Below are positions 28,398-38,329 of a stretch of DNA of 64,000 nt, piece after piece; position 1 is the stretch's first letter; each line of letters begins with the position of its first letter. The notes beneath the pieces are model-generated. The model did no database searches. It saw only the letters and a list, made by a program, of their open reading frames with translations, and was not told where the DNA came from. Source of the stretch: an uncultured virus (IMG/VR IMGVR_UViG_3300024239_000354) (lineage: Duplodnaviria > Heunggongvirae > Uroviricota > Caudoviricetes); the IMG/VR virus record IMGVR_UViG_3300024239_000354. The stretch is one strand, 5' to 3'. A program made the position numbers and the translations under genes.

Positions 28398-28918
28398 TAC
28401 GCCACCTCAATGTCGTGGCAGCGACCGACAAAGTGATGCACAACCGCCGCTGATACGCCGTAATCGTAGTCAACGTGATGCTCGATAATCTCGATGCGGT
28501 TTCCCAGGATCGTATGAAGGACTGCTTCGTTGCCGCCGTCCATCCCTTCTAGGCGTATCCATTCCAGACCGCCCCGGCAGATGTCGAGGAAGGTCGCCAT
28601 ACGGGCGCATACGTTGTGCCGGATGCCAAATTCAACTCGGTTCTGTGCCATGTTGAAACGGCAATAGACCGTATCCGTGGTCAAATCAAGGTTTTGTTCG
28701 TATAGGGGGCGCCCAAGGTCAATCGGGTTTGCCGGGGTACTGTAAATAACCCGGAACCGGTGGGTCAGGGCGGGCATAAGGATACCGCTCCTATGCCCGT
28801 CACCAATCGGCACGCCGAACTTAGAAAGGGATCGGGTGGTGTTTTCAATGGTTAAACTATCATCGACCGTAAGTCCGATCTGTGACAATTCTTCGGTAAT
28901 AGTGGTTTTCTCAGACAT
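28397..28918 (-). CDS. divergent tail-tube (gp19-like) paralog
   Basis: SLSKFGVP...GILMP.L.HRFRV and DGGN motifs. Confidence 0.55.
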   Translation of the reverse strand: MSEKTTITEELSQIGLTVDDSLTIENTTRSLSKFGVPIGDGHRSGILMPALTHRFRVIYSTPANPIDLGRPLYEQNLDLTTDTVYCRFNMAQNRVEFGIRHNVCARMATFLDICRGGLEWIRLEGMDGGNEAVLHTILGNRIEIIEHHVDYDYGVSAAVVHHFVGRCHDIEVA

Positions 28919-28989
28919 AATAGCCTCGCATAACTCGTTATACGAGTATTTACGCGGCTATTATGTACCGATTTAATTCGCTGGATGGT

Positions 28990-29448
28990 TTATAGGCGAA
29001 AAACGTCAAACAAGATTTTTTTGTTAGCGCGGGAAATTGAGCCAGTTTCCAGCCATGCTCTGTAAATCATTGCAGTGGATTGAAAAATACCGATGGCAAA
29101 GGGAAGATCAACCATGTCGGTTTCTCCTATCGCTATTGATGTCGTAACAGTTTGAATGGCGATATCAGATTCATTTTTCACTGCGACTGGATCAGGGAGA
29201 GAATGCACTGCTTGTTGATCTTGGTTTTCTAGAATGTGCATTCTCAAATAAAATTCATTGCCGTCATCCGATTTGTGATAATAGGCATCGAGACAATTGT
29301 CGTATTCGGCGGTGGTGGTGACTTGGGTGCCATTGTGAAAAACCGTGAACGAACCTGGGTAACAACCGGGCGACAGGTCAACTTGTGTCAACTTATCTTC
29401 AAGGACAACCAGCACGGCATTGTAATTTTTTGTTTCATCTAGCTTCAT
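28990..29448 (-). CDS. hypothetical protein
   Basis: 152-aa ORF with GGGAG SD. Confidence 0.65.
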   Translation of the reverse strand: MKLDETKNYNAVLVVLEDKLTQVDLSPGCYPGSFTVFHNGTQVTTTAEYDNCLDAYYHKSDDGNEFYLRMHILENQDQQAVHSLPDPVAVKNESDIAIQTVTTSIAIGETDMVDLPFAIGIFQSTAMIYRAWLETGSISRANKKILFDVFRL

Positions 29449-29449
29449 T

Positions 29450-29692
29450 TCAAGACTCCCAATGTTGGACACGACTGTAACCAATGAAACCAATGATGAT
29501 GGCACCAAGTACGGTATTCCCAATTAGGTCTGGGATTGTACCATATTCTGAAAATATTCCATTGGAGGCACCCAGGGCAACTGCAATTAGGGTGACAACA
29601 AAGCCAATGATCGCCCCTTGGAAGATATCTTTACGGACATACCGCCATTTGGGGGAGTTTTTGTCAAATAGTGGAATATGAGGGAGTAACAT
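29450..29692 (-). CDS. small membrane protein
   Basis: Two hydrophobic segments. Confidence 0.65.
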   Translation of the reverse strand: MLLPHIPLFDKNSPKWRYVRKDIFQGAIIGFVVTLIAVALGASNGIFSEYGTIPDLIGNTVLGAIIIGFIGYSRVQHWES

Positions 29693-29845
29693 AGCAGCCC
29701 CTTCAGCAATCCTTGGTCAAATCCGGAGCGACCGCCCGCACTTTCTCAATGGCGTCTTGAAATTCTTGCTGTTCGTATACCATAGGGCCAAATTGACCGA
29801 ATAACGTCCATGAGTTGTTCAGGGGAGAAATCTTCAGGCATCGGA

Positions 29846-30052
29846 TCAAACCTTCAAGTTCACGAATTCCCGGTCAAGTTTTTCGCGCGCCGTCAGCGGA
29901 CGTGTGGTGGTGTCGTGTTTCGCCATCCACTCATTGACTGCTTTGACGTTGCGCGACTCATGGATACCTTCTTCTTTCCATTCCGCCAGGAGGCGAGCCG
30001 CTTCCGCCATGGCTTGGCGGGTGGTCATGAGGCTTTTGAAGAAACGGATCAT
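29846..30052 (-). CDS. small hypothetical protein
   Basis: MIRFFKSL..., coupled to the upstream stop. Confidence 0.55.
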   Translation of the reverse strand: MIRFFKSLMTTRQAMAEAARLLAEWKEEGIHESRNVKAVNEWMAKHDTTTRPLTAREKLDREFVNLKV

Positions 30053-30579
30053 CACTTTCCCTTTTTGATCTTGCCGTTTTTCCCGAGGGTCCACCGGTAG
30101 CCGCTGAAATAGTTGAAGTAGGATGTCGGTTTCTTGTAGACGCTCCATGTGCGAATGAACGCCATGGCGTCACTGCGCCGATAGAACCAAAGGTTTAAAC
30201 CAATCATACCCCGTATCCGATACGAGGGGTTGCCCATTGCCCAGCCCCATTGATCTTCTTTTAAATCCGCCGGGGATTTGGGCGGCTTGATATTCTCATG
30301 AAGCCACGCGAGAACTTCGGGCTTCAACGTCGGACATTCCGCCACGAATTCTTTCGGGGGATAATCCTTACCCCGCGCCTTATAACGCTCATATTTTTCA
30401 GTATCAATCTGATCAATCACATCGATCAAGGCGATCCAATCGGGGTTAATTCCATGCTTCCCAACGTCTTCCGAGTCATTGATGTATTTCTCGATGGAAA
30501 CCATGTGCCTGGAAACGTACATATCGTCGTTCCAATGGCAATGGGTGCAGTACATGTGGTTGCTGTGATAGTGCATCAA
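30052..30579 (-). CDS. hypothetical phage protein
   Basis: 175 aa; WL.EN...W...F....DA..F..W pattern shared with other small ORFs here. Confidence 0.7.
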   Translation of the reverse strand: MMHYHSNHMYCTHCHWNDDMYVSRHMVSIEKYINDSEDVGKHGINPDWIALIDVIDQIDTEKYERYKARGKDYPPKEFVAECPTLKPEVLAWLHENIKPPKSPADLKEDQWGWAMGNPSYRIRGMIGLNLWFYRRSDAMAFIRTWSVYKKPTSYFNYFSGYRWTLGKNGKIKKGK

Positions 30580-30729
30580 GCCCTCGGGGAAGTCAGGGAC
30601 GAATTATCCCCGGAAACGAATCAGCCTAACAGCCGTATCGAATTCACAATACACGATCAGCACGCACGAATAGCGCCAATGGCGCGGCTGCTATGGACAT
30701 TTTATACGAAAAATATAGAAATATGAGAG

Positions 30730-30804
30730 TGGTGGGTCGTGAGGGATTCGAACCCCCGACACCCTGGATGTAAACCAGATGCGCTACCGCTGCGCCAACG
30801 ACCC
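30730..30804 (-). tRNA. tRNA-Val(UAC)
   Basis: GGGTCGTTGGCGCAGCGGTAGCGCATCTGGTTTACATCCAGGGTGTCGGGGGTTCGAATCCCTCACGACCCACCA; full cloverleaf with CCA. Confidence 0.95.
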
Positions 30805-30812
30805 ATTTCTCA

Positions 30813-31088
30813 CTATAAGGACAATTCTACGATATTGCCTTGCAAGTCCCTGGTATTTATGTATTCAGCAAGCGATGTTTGCCGAATCTTGGCACCTTTC
30901 GGTGCCCTCACCATTTCCTTGCCACATATTTCGCACACTACGTGGGTGCTGTCAAGTTCCGCAACATGCTTGTGTGGGCACATTCGTTGAATGCGCTGGA
31001 TGTGCGTTTCACGTGGCCAATCCCACTTATTCTTGTCAATCTTATCGATTGTCTTACGCAGATCGATCAATTTTTCTAGGAGGTCCAT
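30813..31088 (-). CDS. small Cys/His zinc-binding protein
   Basis: CPH...CEICG. Confidence 0.65.
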   Translation of the reverse strand: MDLLEKLIDLRKTIDKIDKNKWDWPRETHIQRIQRMCPHKHVAELDSTHVVCEICGKEMVRAPKGAKIRQTSLAEYINTRDLQGNIVELSL

Positions 31089-31314
31089 TGAAATCCCTAC
31101 TATGTAAAATTGGTTTCTCGCATGCCGCGAGCATCATATTTAGTTTGGATCGAAAATCATCCACCGAGAAACCGAAAAGGTTTATTGGATCGACAACCAG
31201 TGATCTTGGATTGCCGTGCGGGTCGCAATAGACCTCATGTACCTGAAGGTATTCCGTGGCGGACCCGTCAGGTTCGGTGTGGGTATGCTTTACGAGGCGG
31301 TAATCTTTAATCAT
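31054..31314 (-). CDS. hypothetical protein
   Basis: YRLV...VHEVY.D..G.P...M.AA..KPIL pattern. Confidence 0.65.
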   Translation of the reverse strand: MIKDYRLVKHTHTEPDGSATEYLQVHEVYCDPHGNPRSLVVDPINLFGFSVDDFRSKLNMMLAACEKPILHSRDFNGPPRKIDRSA

Positions 31315-31408
31315 GCCGCCATCGTAGGGGTGCCTGATTGGTAGGTCAATTTATTTGGGGATGGGCAGCCTAAATAAGCATCGAGGTTCGTCGTGGAGAA
31401 GATGGTTA

Positions 31409-31969
31409 ATGGACGATATCCGCCGCTACATACAGATAGTCACCGAATCTGCCTCTGGACCGGTGAAGCTCTATCATTTGACCGACAAGCCAAAATTCAA
31501 GCTCAATCCGAATTACGCCCCTGAAGACAACTCCATTGCGATTGTGCCCCGAGCGGGGCACAAAGGTATCTACCTCACGCCCAACGTTGAACCATGGGTG
31601 AACGGTCATGGATACTGGCGCCCGTTTGTAGCGGAGATATACGCCGATCCAGCGGCACTGGAACATGACCGGATTGGGCGTTGGGGCGGCGAAGTGTTCA
31701 TCCCAGCAGACCAGTTCGATAAGCTAAAAATCCAACGAATCATTCCGTTGGATGCCTATGCGCGTGAATGTTTTGGAACGCATGGTTGGATCGAACAAGC
31801 CCTTGGTGTCGAGTTCGACACCGGGAAAGAGATCACAGCTAAACCATGGGAATACCCGTTCCGAGGCTACACCTACGATAACGACGTGCGGAACATGTCG
31901 CCTGAAGAAGTGAAGCGGCTTAAACAGCATTTCAGGGTTGGGCTGAAACTTCGATTGAAGTACCAGTGA
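31409..31969 (+). CDS. ART-like late protein
   Basis: TAAATA upstream; MDDIRRYIQIVTESA leader; LYHLT...GIYLT...GEVFIP. Confidence 0.7.
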   Translation: MDDIRRYIQIVTESASGPVKLYHLTDKPKFKLNPNYAPEDNSIAIVPRAGHKGIYLTPNVEPWVNGHGYWRPFVAEIYADPAALEHDRIGRWGGEVFIPADQFDKLKIQRIIPLDAYARECFGTHGWIEQALGVEFDTGKEITAKPWEYPFRGYTYDNDVRNMSPEEVKRLKQHFRVGLKLRLKYQ

Positions 31970-31972
31970 CCA

Positions 31973-32539
31973 TTAGCCTTCGACTACCACGAACGGTTTT
32001 TTGCGCCAGCCTTCGATCCGAAGCTTGGTACCGGTTTCTACGTTTTGGAACAGGTTTCGGCGGTTGGTGGAGTCGGGAATGCGAACGAACTCGGTGCCCT
32101 GCTGTCCATCCGGGAGTGTCATTGGGGTATGAAACCGAATTTTCACACCATCCTGCACCCCTAGCGAATTGGCTCGCTTAGCGGCGTTCTGTAGGCACCG
32201 CTGACGCCAATTCGTAGCGTTGATCCATGGGATTGTCCCACGACTGTACAGTACATCAACCGGGGTAAGTTGGTTTAGAATGCGACGGGGGCAATCCGTC
32301 CATTTGGGTCCGATTGTTTCCGGGAACAAATCGAAACCAATTTCATCGAATTCTTCATTTCGACCGAGGATTTGCATGAACGCCACACATCCATGAAGGC
32401 GTCCGGGTTTGCCCATGCAAATATACGCTTCATTGTTACCGTGCATAGCAACGTCAATCACGGTGCGCCCGATAACTCGGCGGAAAAATTCGAGGTTCGA
32501 TTCTCCGAAACCTCGTGGTGTTTTGAGGCATTCTAACAT
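31973..32539 (-). CDS. hypothetical protein (DUF6927-like)
   Basis: E.IGP...DCP.RILNQLTP...NWRQRC pattern. Confidence 0.6.
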   Translation of the reverse strand: MLECLKTPRGFGESNLEFFRRVIGRTVIDVAMHGNNEAYICMGKPGRLHGCVAFMQILGRNEEFDEIGFDLFPETIGPKWTDCPRRILNQLTPVDVLYSRGTIPWINATNWRQRCLQNAAKRANSLGVQDGVKIRFHTPMTLPDGQQGTEFVRIPDSTNRRNLFQNVETGTKLRIEGWRKKPFVVVEG

Positions 32540-32642
32540 CGTTCTGACGTTTCTTGTTGCTCCGATATTACTATGTGGGATTGTGAGGCATCTGTCAAGT
32601 GTAAATAGTTACATATTTCACACATCACACTCATAAGGAGTA

Positions 32643-32942
32643 ATGCACATGTCCAATCTGATTTCATGGAAACGTGGGATGGAATTGTACGTTCAAAAAG
32701 AAGTTTTGAAATACCGCGTCCCGGATTGTAAACCTGAAATTGTTAACCTTCTTGCTCGCAATTTTAAAGGCGTGTGGGCGTATCGTTGGGATAATGGGGC
32801 ACTTGAAGTGTTGGTCGAAGACGAACCGGACATCATGTTTTTCAAACGGCTTTTTGTGAAGGATCGTCTGTATCGCCGCGATGTTCCACAAGCCAAGAAG
32901 AACGCACGTACCGCCGCATCAATGATTGCAAAGAGGATATAA
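32643..32942 (+). CDS. hypothetical protein
   Basis: TAAGGAG SD; terminator at 32944-32972. Confidence 0.7.
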   Translation: MHMSNLISWKRGMELYVQKEVLKYRVPDCKPEIVNLLARNFKGVWAYRWDNGALEVLVEDEPDIMFFKRLFVKDRLYRRDVPQAKKNARTAASMIAKRI

Positions 32943-32971
32943 GAAAAGCCCGCCGAATTGGCGGGCTTTTC

Positions 32972-33559
32972 TCAAGAAAGGGTTGTTGTCAGCAACCAGT
33001 AGAAAATGGCGACATAGGTCATACTGTGGACTAGCTGGTCAAACATGAGCGCGATGAAAAAATTATTACTGAAAATGCGTAGGCAGATCGGTGCCTTGGT
33101 GTTCGGATCGACCTCAATTTCCGACCAATGGAACTTCTTAGTCGTCACTACCTTTGCCCAGTCACACAAGTAGTGAATGATGAAATCGAACAGAGAGCAT
33201 GCAATCACCATATCAAGGGTGACTTCTACATCGAACCCCCAACTCCATAGCATAACTGCTGCACCGGTCAGCGCACCATGGATACCAGCATGAATGATCC
33301 CGCCTGGATGTCCAAACCGACCTTTGTTGAGGTATTGATAGGCAGTCTGAAGCGGACCATCCGCAATAAAATGTTTGATCATAAGGTATGCCATTGGCGT
33401 CACCAACGGCAGAACCACATCAGACCCAAACATTTGGTGTGCTGCCATAATACCGCCGACCCACACGGCAAGTACGCCCAAAATAACACCCCAAGCAGTT
33501 TTGCCGAAGGTTTCCGACAGATGCCGCAGGTCGATGGTATGAATGGGTTGGTTGGGCAT
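32972..33559 (-). CDS. DUF3307-like membrane protein
   Basis: KHFIAD..LQ...K, HAGIH, HYLCDWAK and DQLVH motifs. Confidence 0.75.
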   Translation of the reverse strand: MPNQPIHTIDLRHLSETFGKTAWGVILGVLAVWVGGIMAAHQMFGSDVVLPLVTPMAYLMIKHFIADGPLQTAYQYLNKGRFGHPGGIIHAGIHGALTGAAVMLWSWGFDVEVTLDMVIACSLFDFIIHYLCDWAKVVTTKKFHWSEIEVDPNTKAPICLRIFSNNFFIALMFDQLVHSMTYVAIFYWLLTTTLS

Positions 33560-33625
33560 GATGTGTCCTCGCATGCATGTACTAAACAGCATAAATATCA
33601 AAACAAGTTTTGGCAAGGTGTTGAT

Positions 33626-34063
33626 TTGAAAATTCTAGAAATCTATGCTGGACGCGACGTGCAAAAATTGAAATGGGCTGTTGGAAAGCAGATCAAACAT
33701 GCCACTGTGTATTCGCGCCATGATCAACAAAATAACGAGAATGAAGTTGTTTGGGTGGAGATTGATCGTCTTTTTGACGCCCTTGCCTCGGAATACCGCG
33801 ACAAGAATGATCCGGCGGTTGCTGATGGGGTTTCCCGTGCATTGGAGCATTGGGAGGATGGTGGTTGGATGGACCCTGCCCAGGTCGGTGTTTTTGATGA
33901 TCAGGTACACTTTGTGGAAGGGCGTAACCGCTTGATAGCTGCCCGCCGACAAGGGGCATTGTTTGCCCCGGTAATCGTCCCCGAGGATCAGCTTGGGAAA
34001 TTTAAGGAGCTTCTGGGGGCTGGTACCGTAACAAAGAACCAGCCTTTAACTGAGAAGCCTTAG
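33626..34063 (+). CDS. ParB/Srx-like late protein
   Basis: ATAAATA at 33591; TTG start (M)KILEIY; EGRNRL.AA...G. Confidence 0.6.
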   Translation: MKILEIYAGRDVQKLKWAVGKQIKHATVYSRHDQQNNENEVVWVEIDRLFDALASEYRDKNDPAVADGVSRALEHWEDGGWMDPAQVGVFDDQVHFVEGRNRLIAARRQGALFAPVIVPEDQLGKFKELLGAGTVTKNQPLTEKP

Positions 34064-34817
34064 GATCGACGCCGGTCCAAATTATGAATGAAAGCCGTGC
34101 CTGCTCATAGAGCATGTCCAGACCTGATATGGTACGCAGTCCGCGTTTCTGAGCGGTATGAATAAGGGGAGTTGGGTTGGGGTGGTACACAACATCCCCA
34201 ACAACGCTATCCGGGTGTATGGCGCTTAAATCAACCGAGAGCGGTGGGTACCCAGACATACCAAGACTGGTTGCGTTGATTAGAACAAGTGAACCGGTCG
34301 GGTGATAATTCAACGCAACCGCAGTTCCGTTAATTTCTGCTGCAAGGGCGGACGCAGCTTCAAATGAACGATTTGCTATTTGCACAGAATAGCCGTGATC
34401 ATAAAGTGCAAAGGCTATTGCACGAGCAGCACCACCGGCACCAAACATTACCGCTTTGTTGTGCCCCAGTTCTTTTAACAGATTGTGATAGGCAAGGTAA
34501 TCGGTGTTGTGTCCGATAGTTTTACCCTTTTGTATCACCACCGTATTGACTGCTCCAATTCTGGCGGCGGTGGGTGATAACTCATCAAGGAATGGAATGA
34601 TTTGTTCCTTGTGAGGAATGGTGACATTGAAACCTGTGAAGCGATCACGAATGAACCCGCGTACCGCCGCCCCGAGGTTTGGTGGGGTTATCTCAAACCG
34701 GCTGTAGCTACCGCAAATTTGGGTAGCGTTGAAGAATTCAGTATGGATATCCGGTGAGCGAGATTGCATCACCGGATATCCAATAATCCCAAATTTCAAC
34801 GAACGACTGGTAGCCAC
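34002..34817 (-). CDS. aroE: shikimate dehydrogenase
   Basis: GYPV..SRSP.IH, GFNVTIPHK, GAVNT, GHNTD, GAGGAARA, NATSLGM, DVVY.P and GLDML.EQA. Confidence 0.95.
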   Translation of the reverse strand: MATSRSLKFGIIGYPVMQSRSPDIHTEFFNATQICGSYSRFEITPPNLGAAVRGFIRDRFTGFNVTIPHKEQIIPFLDELSPTAARIGAVNTVVIQKGKTIGHNTDYLAYHNLLKELGHNKAVMFGAGGAARAIAFALYDHGYSVQIANRSFEAASALAAEINGTAVALNYHPTGSLVLINATSLGMSGYPPLSVDLSAIHPDSVVGDVVYHPNPTPLIHTAQKRGLRTISGLDMLYEQARLSFIIWTGVDPKASQLKAGSLLRYQPPEAP

Positions 34818-35158
34818 GGAAGTTTTTCCCCGCCGCCATTGATATAGTCGCGCAATTCACGCAAAAATTTCTCGGTCGATGGGAGCAAGTGGCAATAAAT
34901 CTCGGTCGGGTTGATGTGCTGGTCGAACATCATTTTGACGACCGGGGTGACCCACGATGCCAATTCCTCGGTGCGCACTTGATCCCTGAACTCAAAAAGT
35001 GCCTCTTGGAACTCTTTCCGCTTACTTTCGTCCATATGGTCGAGACTGATCGCCAGCAATCGCAGAAGGATTTCTGTCTTGAGCCGGGATTCATTCGCAA
35101 CGCGGTCGCGGACTCCCTTGACATCCTCAACCACGCGGTCGCTGATCACCATGACCAT
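34796..35158 (-). CDS. hypothetical protein
   Basis: 120-aa ORF in a minus-strand operon. Confidence 0.65.
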   Translation of the reverse strand: MVMVISDRVVEDVKGVRDRVANESRLKTEILLRLLAISLDHMDESKRKEFQEALFEFRDQVRTEELASWVTPVVKMMFDQHINPTEIYCHLLPSTEKFLRELRDYINGGGEKLPWLPVVR

Positions 35159-35161
35159 GGA

Positions 35162-35509
35162 TCACCCGATCATTTTGCGGGCGGTAATTAGCACGCCCTC
35201 TTCGTTTTCGGTGATGATGTAATCATCAGGCGATTGGCGCACCATGGCGCTGCCATTGAGGGTTGGTTCCCCTTTGTTACCGAACATCGTTGATGGGCTA
35301 TGGAATAACCCTACCTCGGTATTGAAGGTGGTTGTTCCCCCATCACGAGCGCGTTGTACGCGGCTGGTGATCTGCACTTCGGTCATTGGTACATTTTCTG
35401 AACCAATGAACATGCGGAAACTCTCGTAAGTGAAATGTTCGGCGTCGGCACTCACGTAGACGAGGGTTCCATCGGGGTGTCGGAACAGATATTCAGGGCA
35501 TCTGTTCAT
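35162..35509 (-). CDS. hypothetical protein
   Basis: MNRCPEYL..., ATGA-coupled. Confidence 0.65.
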   Translation of the reverse strand: MNRCPEYLFRHPDGTLVYVSADAEHFTYESFRMFIGSENVPMTEVQITSRVQRARDGGTTTFNTEVGLFHSPSTMFGNKGEPTLNGSAMVRQSPDDYIITENEEGVLITARKMIG

Positions 35510-35931
35510 GGCTTTTGCACCATCGGGGGCTGCTTTCGAAGATCGGACACGTCCTTGGTCACGTCTTTTACGGCAGCGGCCAGCGCCAAGATTTTGTTCG
35601 CCAATTCCTCGTCCACGCTGGGGGTAAACTGACGGCACATTTCGTTCTCGGTGCTGTTGTTCCAGCCCTTAACGGCGCAACGCGCGGCGACGGGATTTGT
35701 GCCGCCCTTGATCAAGTTCTCGATTGCAGTATTGGCAGCCATGTCCCGTTCGGCTTCCTTGATACGCAAGGCATGCTTGCGTTCATCTTCTTTTTCACCA
35801 TAGGGCATGTTTTTGATCTGGCACCCGGAAATCGAGAGGATCAACACCGAAACGACAATGGCGAGAGCATTGACCACGTATTTCGTGATCTTCACCTCGC
35901 TCGATTCCGTCACCTGTTCTTTGGCAGCCAT
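35506..35931 (-). CDS. membrane-anchored hypothetical protein
   Basis: Hydrophobic segment ending ISGC; AGGA SD. Confidence 0.65.
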   Translation of the reverse strand: MAAKEQVTESSEVKITKYVVNALAIVVSVLILSISGCQIKNMPYGEKEDERKHALRIKEAERDMAANTAIENLIKGGTNPVAARCAVKGWNNSTENEMCRQFTPSVDEELANKILALAAAVKDVTKDVSDLRKQPPMVQKP

Positions 35932-36015
35932 TTTCCTACCTACATGATTCGATACTACCTGACAAATGGTATATCCCATTGCCAAGTAATGAGCAAGCAA
36001 ATGTGGAGGGCGGGG

Positions 36016-36035
36016 CGTGAATACAGATCGTGGTT
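36016..36035. repeat. 20-bp perfect inverted repeat, partner at 42314-42333
   Basis: CGTGAATACAGATCGTGGTT versus AACCACGATCTGTATTCACG. Confidence 0.95.
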
Positions 36036-36576
36036 TTGGGGCGTATCACGGGTCTTGGGGCGCATCCTTCATAACCCTTGTGCTGGAGTCCCGGAGGTCT
36101 TTACCATTCCAGCGGCGATACGCTTTCGCATTTGCAAGGCTAGATCACCACACAGCCGTAACCAGCGGCTTACCCTGTTCCCCGTTGTCGAACTGGGCTT
36201 TACCCGCACCCGCCGCCTATAGCTCGTCAGCGCATCGGCAAGATGTGTTCCCTGAGGTCATGGGAGGTATTTTGCGACGGTCGATAACCACGAGGGCAGC
36301 CCGTCGAAAATGAGCGGGGGACCGTTGATCGCGCAACCACCAAGGCGTGGTGATCTAGTATTGTAAATGGGGCGGGCTGGGACTAGCTCTCATTATCCCT
36401 GCCCATTAGCATCAGTGTTATCGCACCGAGAGCAAGCGCCAGGGTACAAGTGGAGTTGCCCTGGTGCTGCATAGCAGCCAATTAATCCACTATCAGCCAG
36501 CTTGCCTGACAGCACCGTGTCCAGTCCTCTAGAGGTGGGTCGATCAACCCGACCAAACACAGGATCGACTTGCAGA

Positions 36577-36653
36577 TGATGTGGGACAGGATTTGAACCT
36601 GCGATCTCCCGATGCCGGGCGCGCTGTCCGATACTCTACGCCACGCCACATCA
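36577..36653 (-). ncRNA. tRNA-like RNA with a shrunken anticodon loop and no CCA
   Basis: TGATGTGG/CCACATCA acceptor, GCAGG-TTCAAAT-CCTGT T arm, CCCG-GCAT-CGGG arm. Confidence 0.6.
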
Positions 36654-37186
36654 CCATTCTGGAAAGGATTGGGTGACCCGTGAGAGGGGCTGGTCAAGTC
36701 ACCCGATGTCTTCATCAAGACCCTTAGCTTTACCCTAGCCGTCGTTCCATCGTGCCGACGTTCAAACCACGTTCCGGTACAGCCTCTCCCGAGCCGTCCG
36801 CGTGTCGCATAGACTGTCTATGGTGTTTCAACCACTGATTAGCTTTGGTAGATGTGATCGGGTCGCACTCGGACGTTTCCCCAGCCCACGGAGGCTGCAT
36901 CTGTCTACTCTTCCCGAAGGAAGCCATCGGATCACAGTTGCTACTTCTGCCAGTCACATGCCCTTCCCCTAGCTCCTTGCGGTCACCAGGGTACCCTTTA
37001 CCGACAACCGCTTTCGTAGCGTTCGTCGTTGACTTCGAAGCCGAAATCCTTGGCAGTGGTGGCGCCTACCCGCTCACCTACAGCTTCGCACGTCCTTCCG
37101 TGCCGCCACATACAGCCACCTTCCCCGAAGGGAAGTATCCTCTGCCTAATAAGGCGTCAGTGACCGGGCATCAGTCGCGCAGCAAT

Positions 37187-37265
37187 TGGTTCGGGGGTTG
37201 GGATTTGAACCCAAAGGCTCTGCAACCTGAATGCAGCGCGTCTACCGCTTCCGCCACTACCCCGA
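37187..37265 (-). tRNA. atypical tRNA with CAG anticodon (Leu-type), no long variable arm, bulged acceptor
   Basis: CTGCA-TTCAGGT-TGCAG arm, TTGGG-TTCAAAT-CCCAA, ends in ACCA. Confidence 0.6.
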
Positions 37266-37304
37266 AGGTTTTGAGTTCAACCATTTTGGGAACTCGGAAT
37301 TTTA

Positions 37305-37381
37305 ACCCAAGACCGGACTTCCACCGGTACCTCCGGGCTTCCCGCCCGGCGCTCTCCATTCCCTGAAATGGTTGCCGACTC
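37305..37381 (-). ncRNA. tRNA-like RNA
   Basis: CCGGG-CGGGAAG-CCCGG arm followed by an ACCGG-TGGAAGT-CCGGT T-like arm. Confidence 0.4.
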
Positions 37382-37844
37382 TTACAGGGATGTGCGTTCG
37401 GCTTTGAGCTACATGGGATTCGAAATGGCATTTATCAGGATGGGCAGGGTTCGATACCTGCTTGCAGGGGGAACTTTTTTAACATGCCAATATTGGTTAG
37501 GGTCTGACCTGACCGGTCCCTACTTGGTCCCCATAATCCGCGCTTCAAACCTATGGTCTAGCTCTGGCACTGGAATTACTGCTCTGTGCAATTCAGCGCG
37601 TGTCCTTCCACGCTACCATCCAGATAAATGTCATTATTGGGAAGTTTTACCTCATTTCCGCAAGGGATACGCAATCGTCGGTCAGTGCAGCCATGCGTAT
37701 CTACGAGTCCCTGACCGCTCAGATACTCGCACTTTCATTTGGTCTATCATCGGCTGTTGCAATTGGGGCTACCCATTACTGGGTGTGAGCCAAAGTCATA
37801 TCCGACAACGTTAAGGCAATCGACCTTGAACTTCCCGAAAGGCG

Positions 37845-37902
37845 TGCCTGACCATCGCTTGCGCTAGGTTTCGACTGGTGCCAACAGTCATCATCAGAGG
37901 CA
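37845..37902 (-). ncRNA. hammerhead ribozyme
   Basis: UGCCU-CUGAUGA-U-GACUG(UUGGCAC)CAGUC-GAAA-CC...GG-UC-AGGCA; predicted cleavage after GUC at 37850. Confidence 0.8.
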
Positions 37903-37909
37903 ATTAAAA

Positions 37910-37996
37910 GGGACGGGCGGGATTCGAACCCGCGAAGGCTTTCGCCAGGAGTACCGCGCGCAGTCTCCCCGCTTAGATCACTTGCATACGCATCCC
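37910..37996 (-). ncRNA. class II tRNA-like RNA with a remodelled anticodon arm and no CCA
   Basis: GGGATG/CGTCCC acceptor, GGC-GAAA-GCC variable arm, GCGGG-TTCGAAT-CCCGC. Confidence 0.6.
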
Positions 37997-38237
37997 ATGG
38001 ATGGCGGTGGAGAACATAGGCGCCTATGTTCTCCACCTTCATGTTTAGCCACCTATCCTTCGTCCCAAGTCGAAGGGTACCCGTGGGCTATCGGGGTACT
38101 TTGTTCCACCGTCGCACTTGGGGCTGGCGACGGAATTATGCAAGGCAGGTTATCATCCATTTTGCTACGCGCTATGTAAAACTCCCCACGTGATGACGGT
38201 GGATTGTTTTTGCACGTATGTGATGCTTATTCCTTCA

Positions 38238-38308
38238 TGCCTTGGTGAGACTCGAACTCACAACCTCCCATCCGCGACGGGTGTTCTATCCAGTTGAACT
38301 ACAAGACA
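38238..38308 (-). ncRNA. tRNA-Arg-like body with a 5-nt anticodon loop and no CCA
   Basis: GTAGTTCAACTGGATAGAAC D arm; CCCGT-CGCGG-ATGGG; GTGAG-TTCGAGT-CTCAC. Confidence 0.6.
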
Positions 38309-38329
38309 TTACGGAACCTTACAAATTGG

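Noticed and set aside
36215..36240. Second hammerhead (CTGACGA on the minus strand)
   Set aside because: No stem II followed by GAAA
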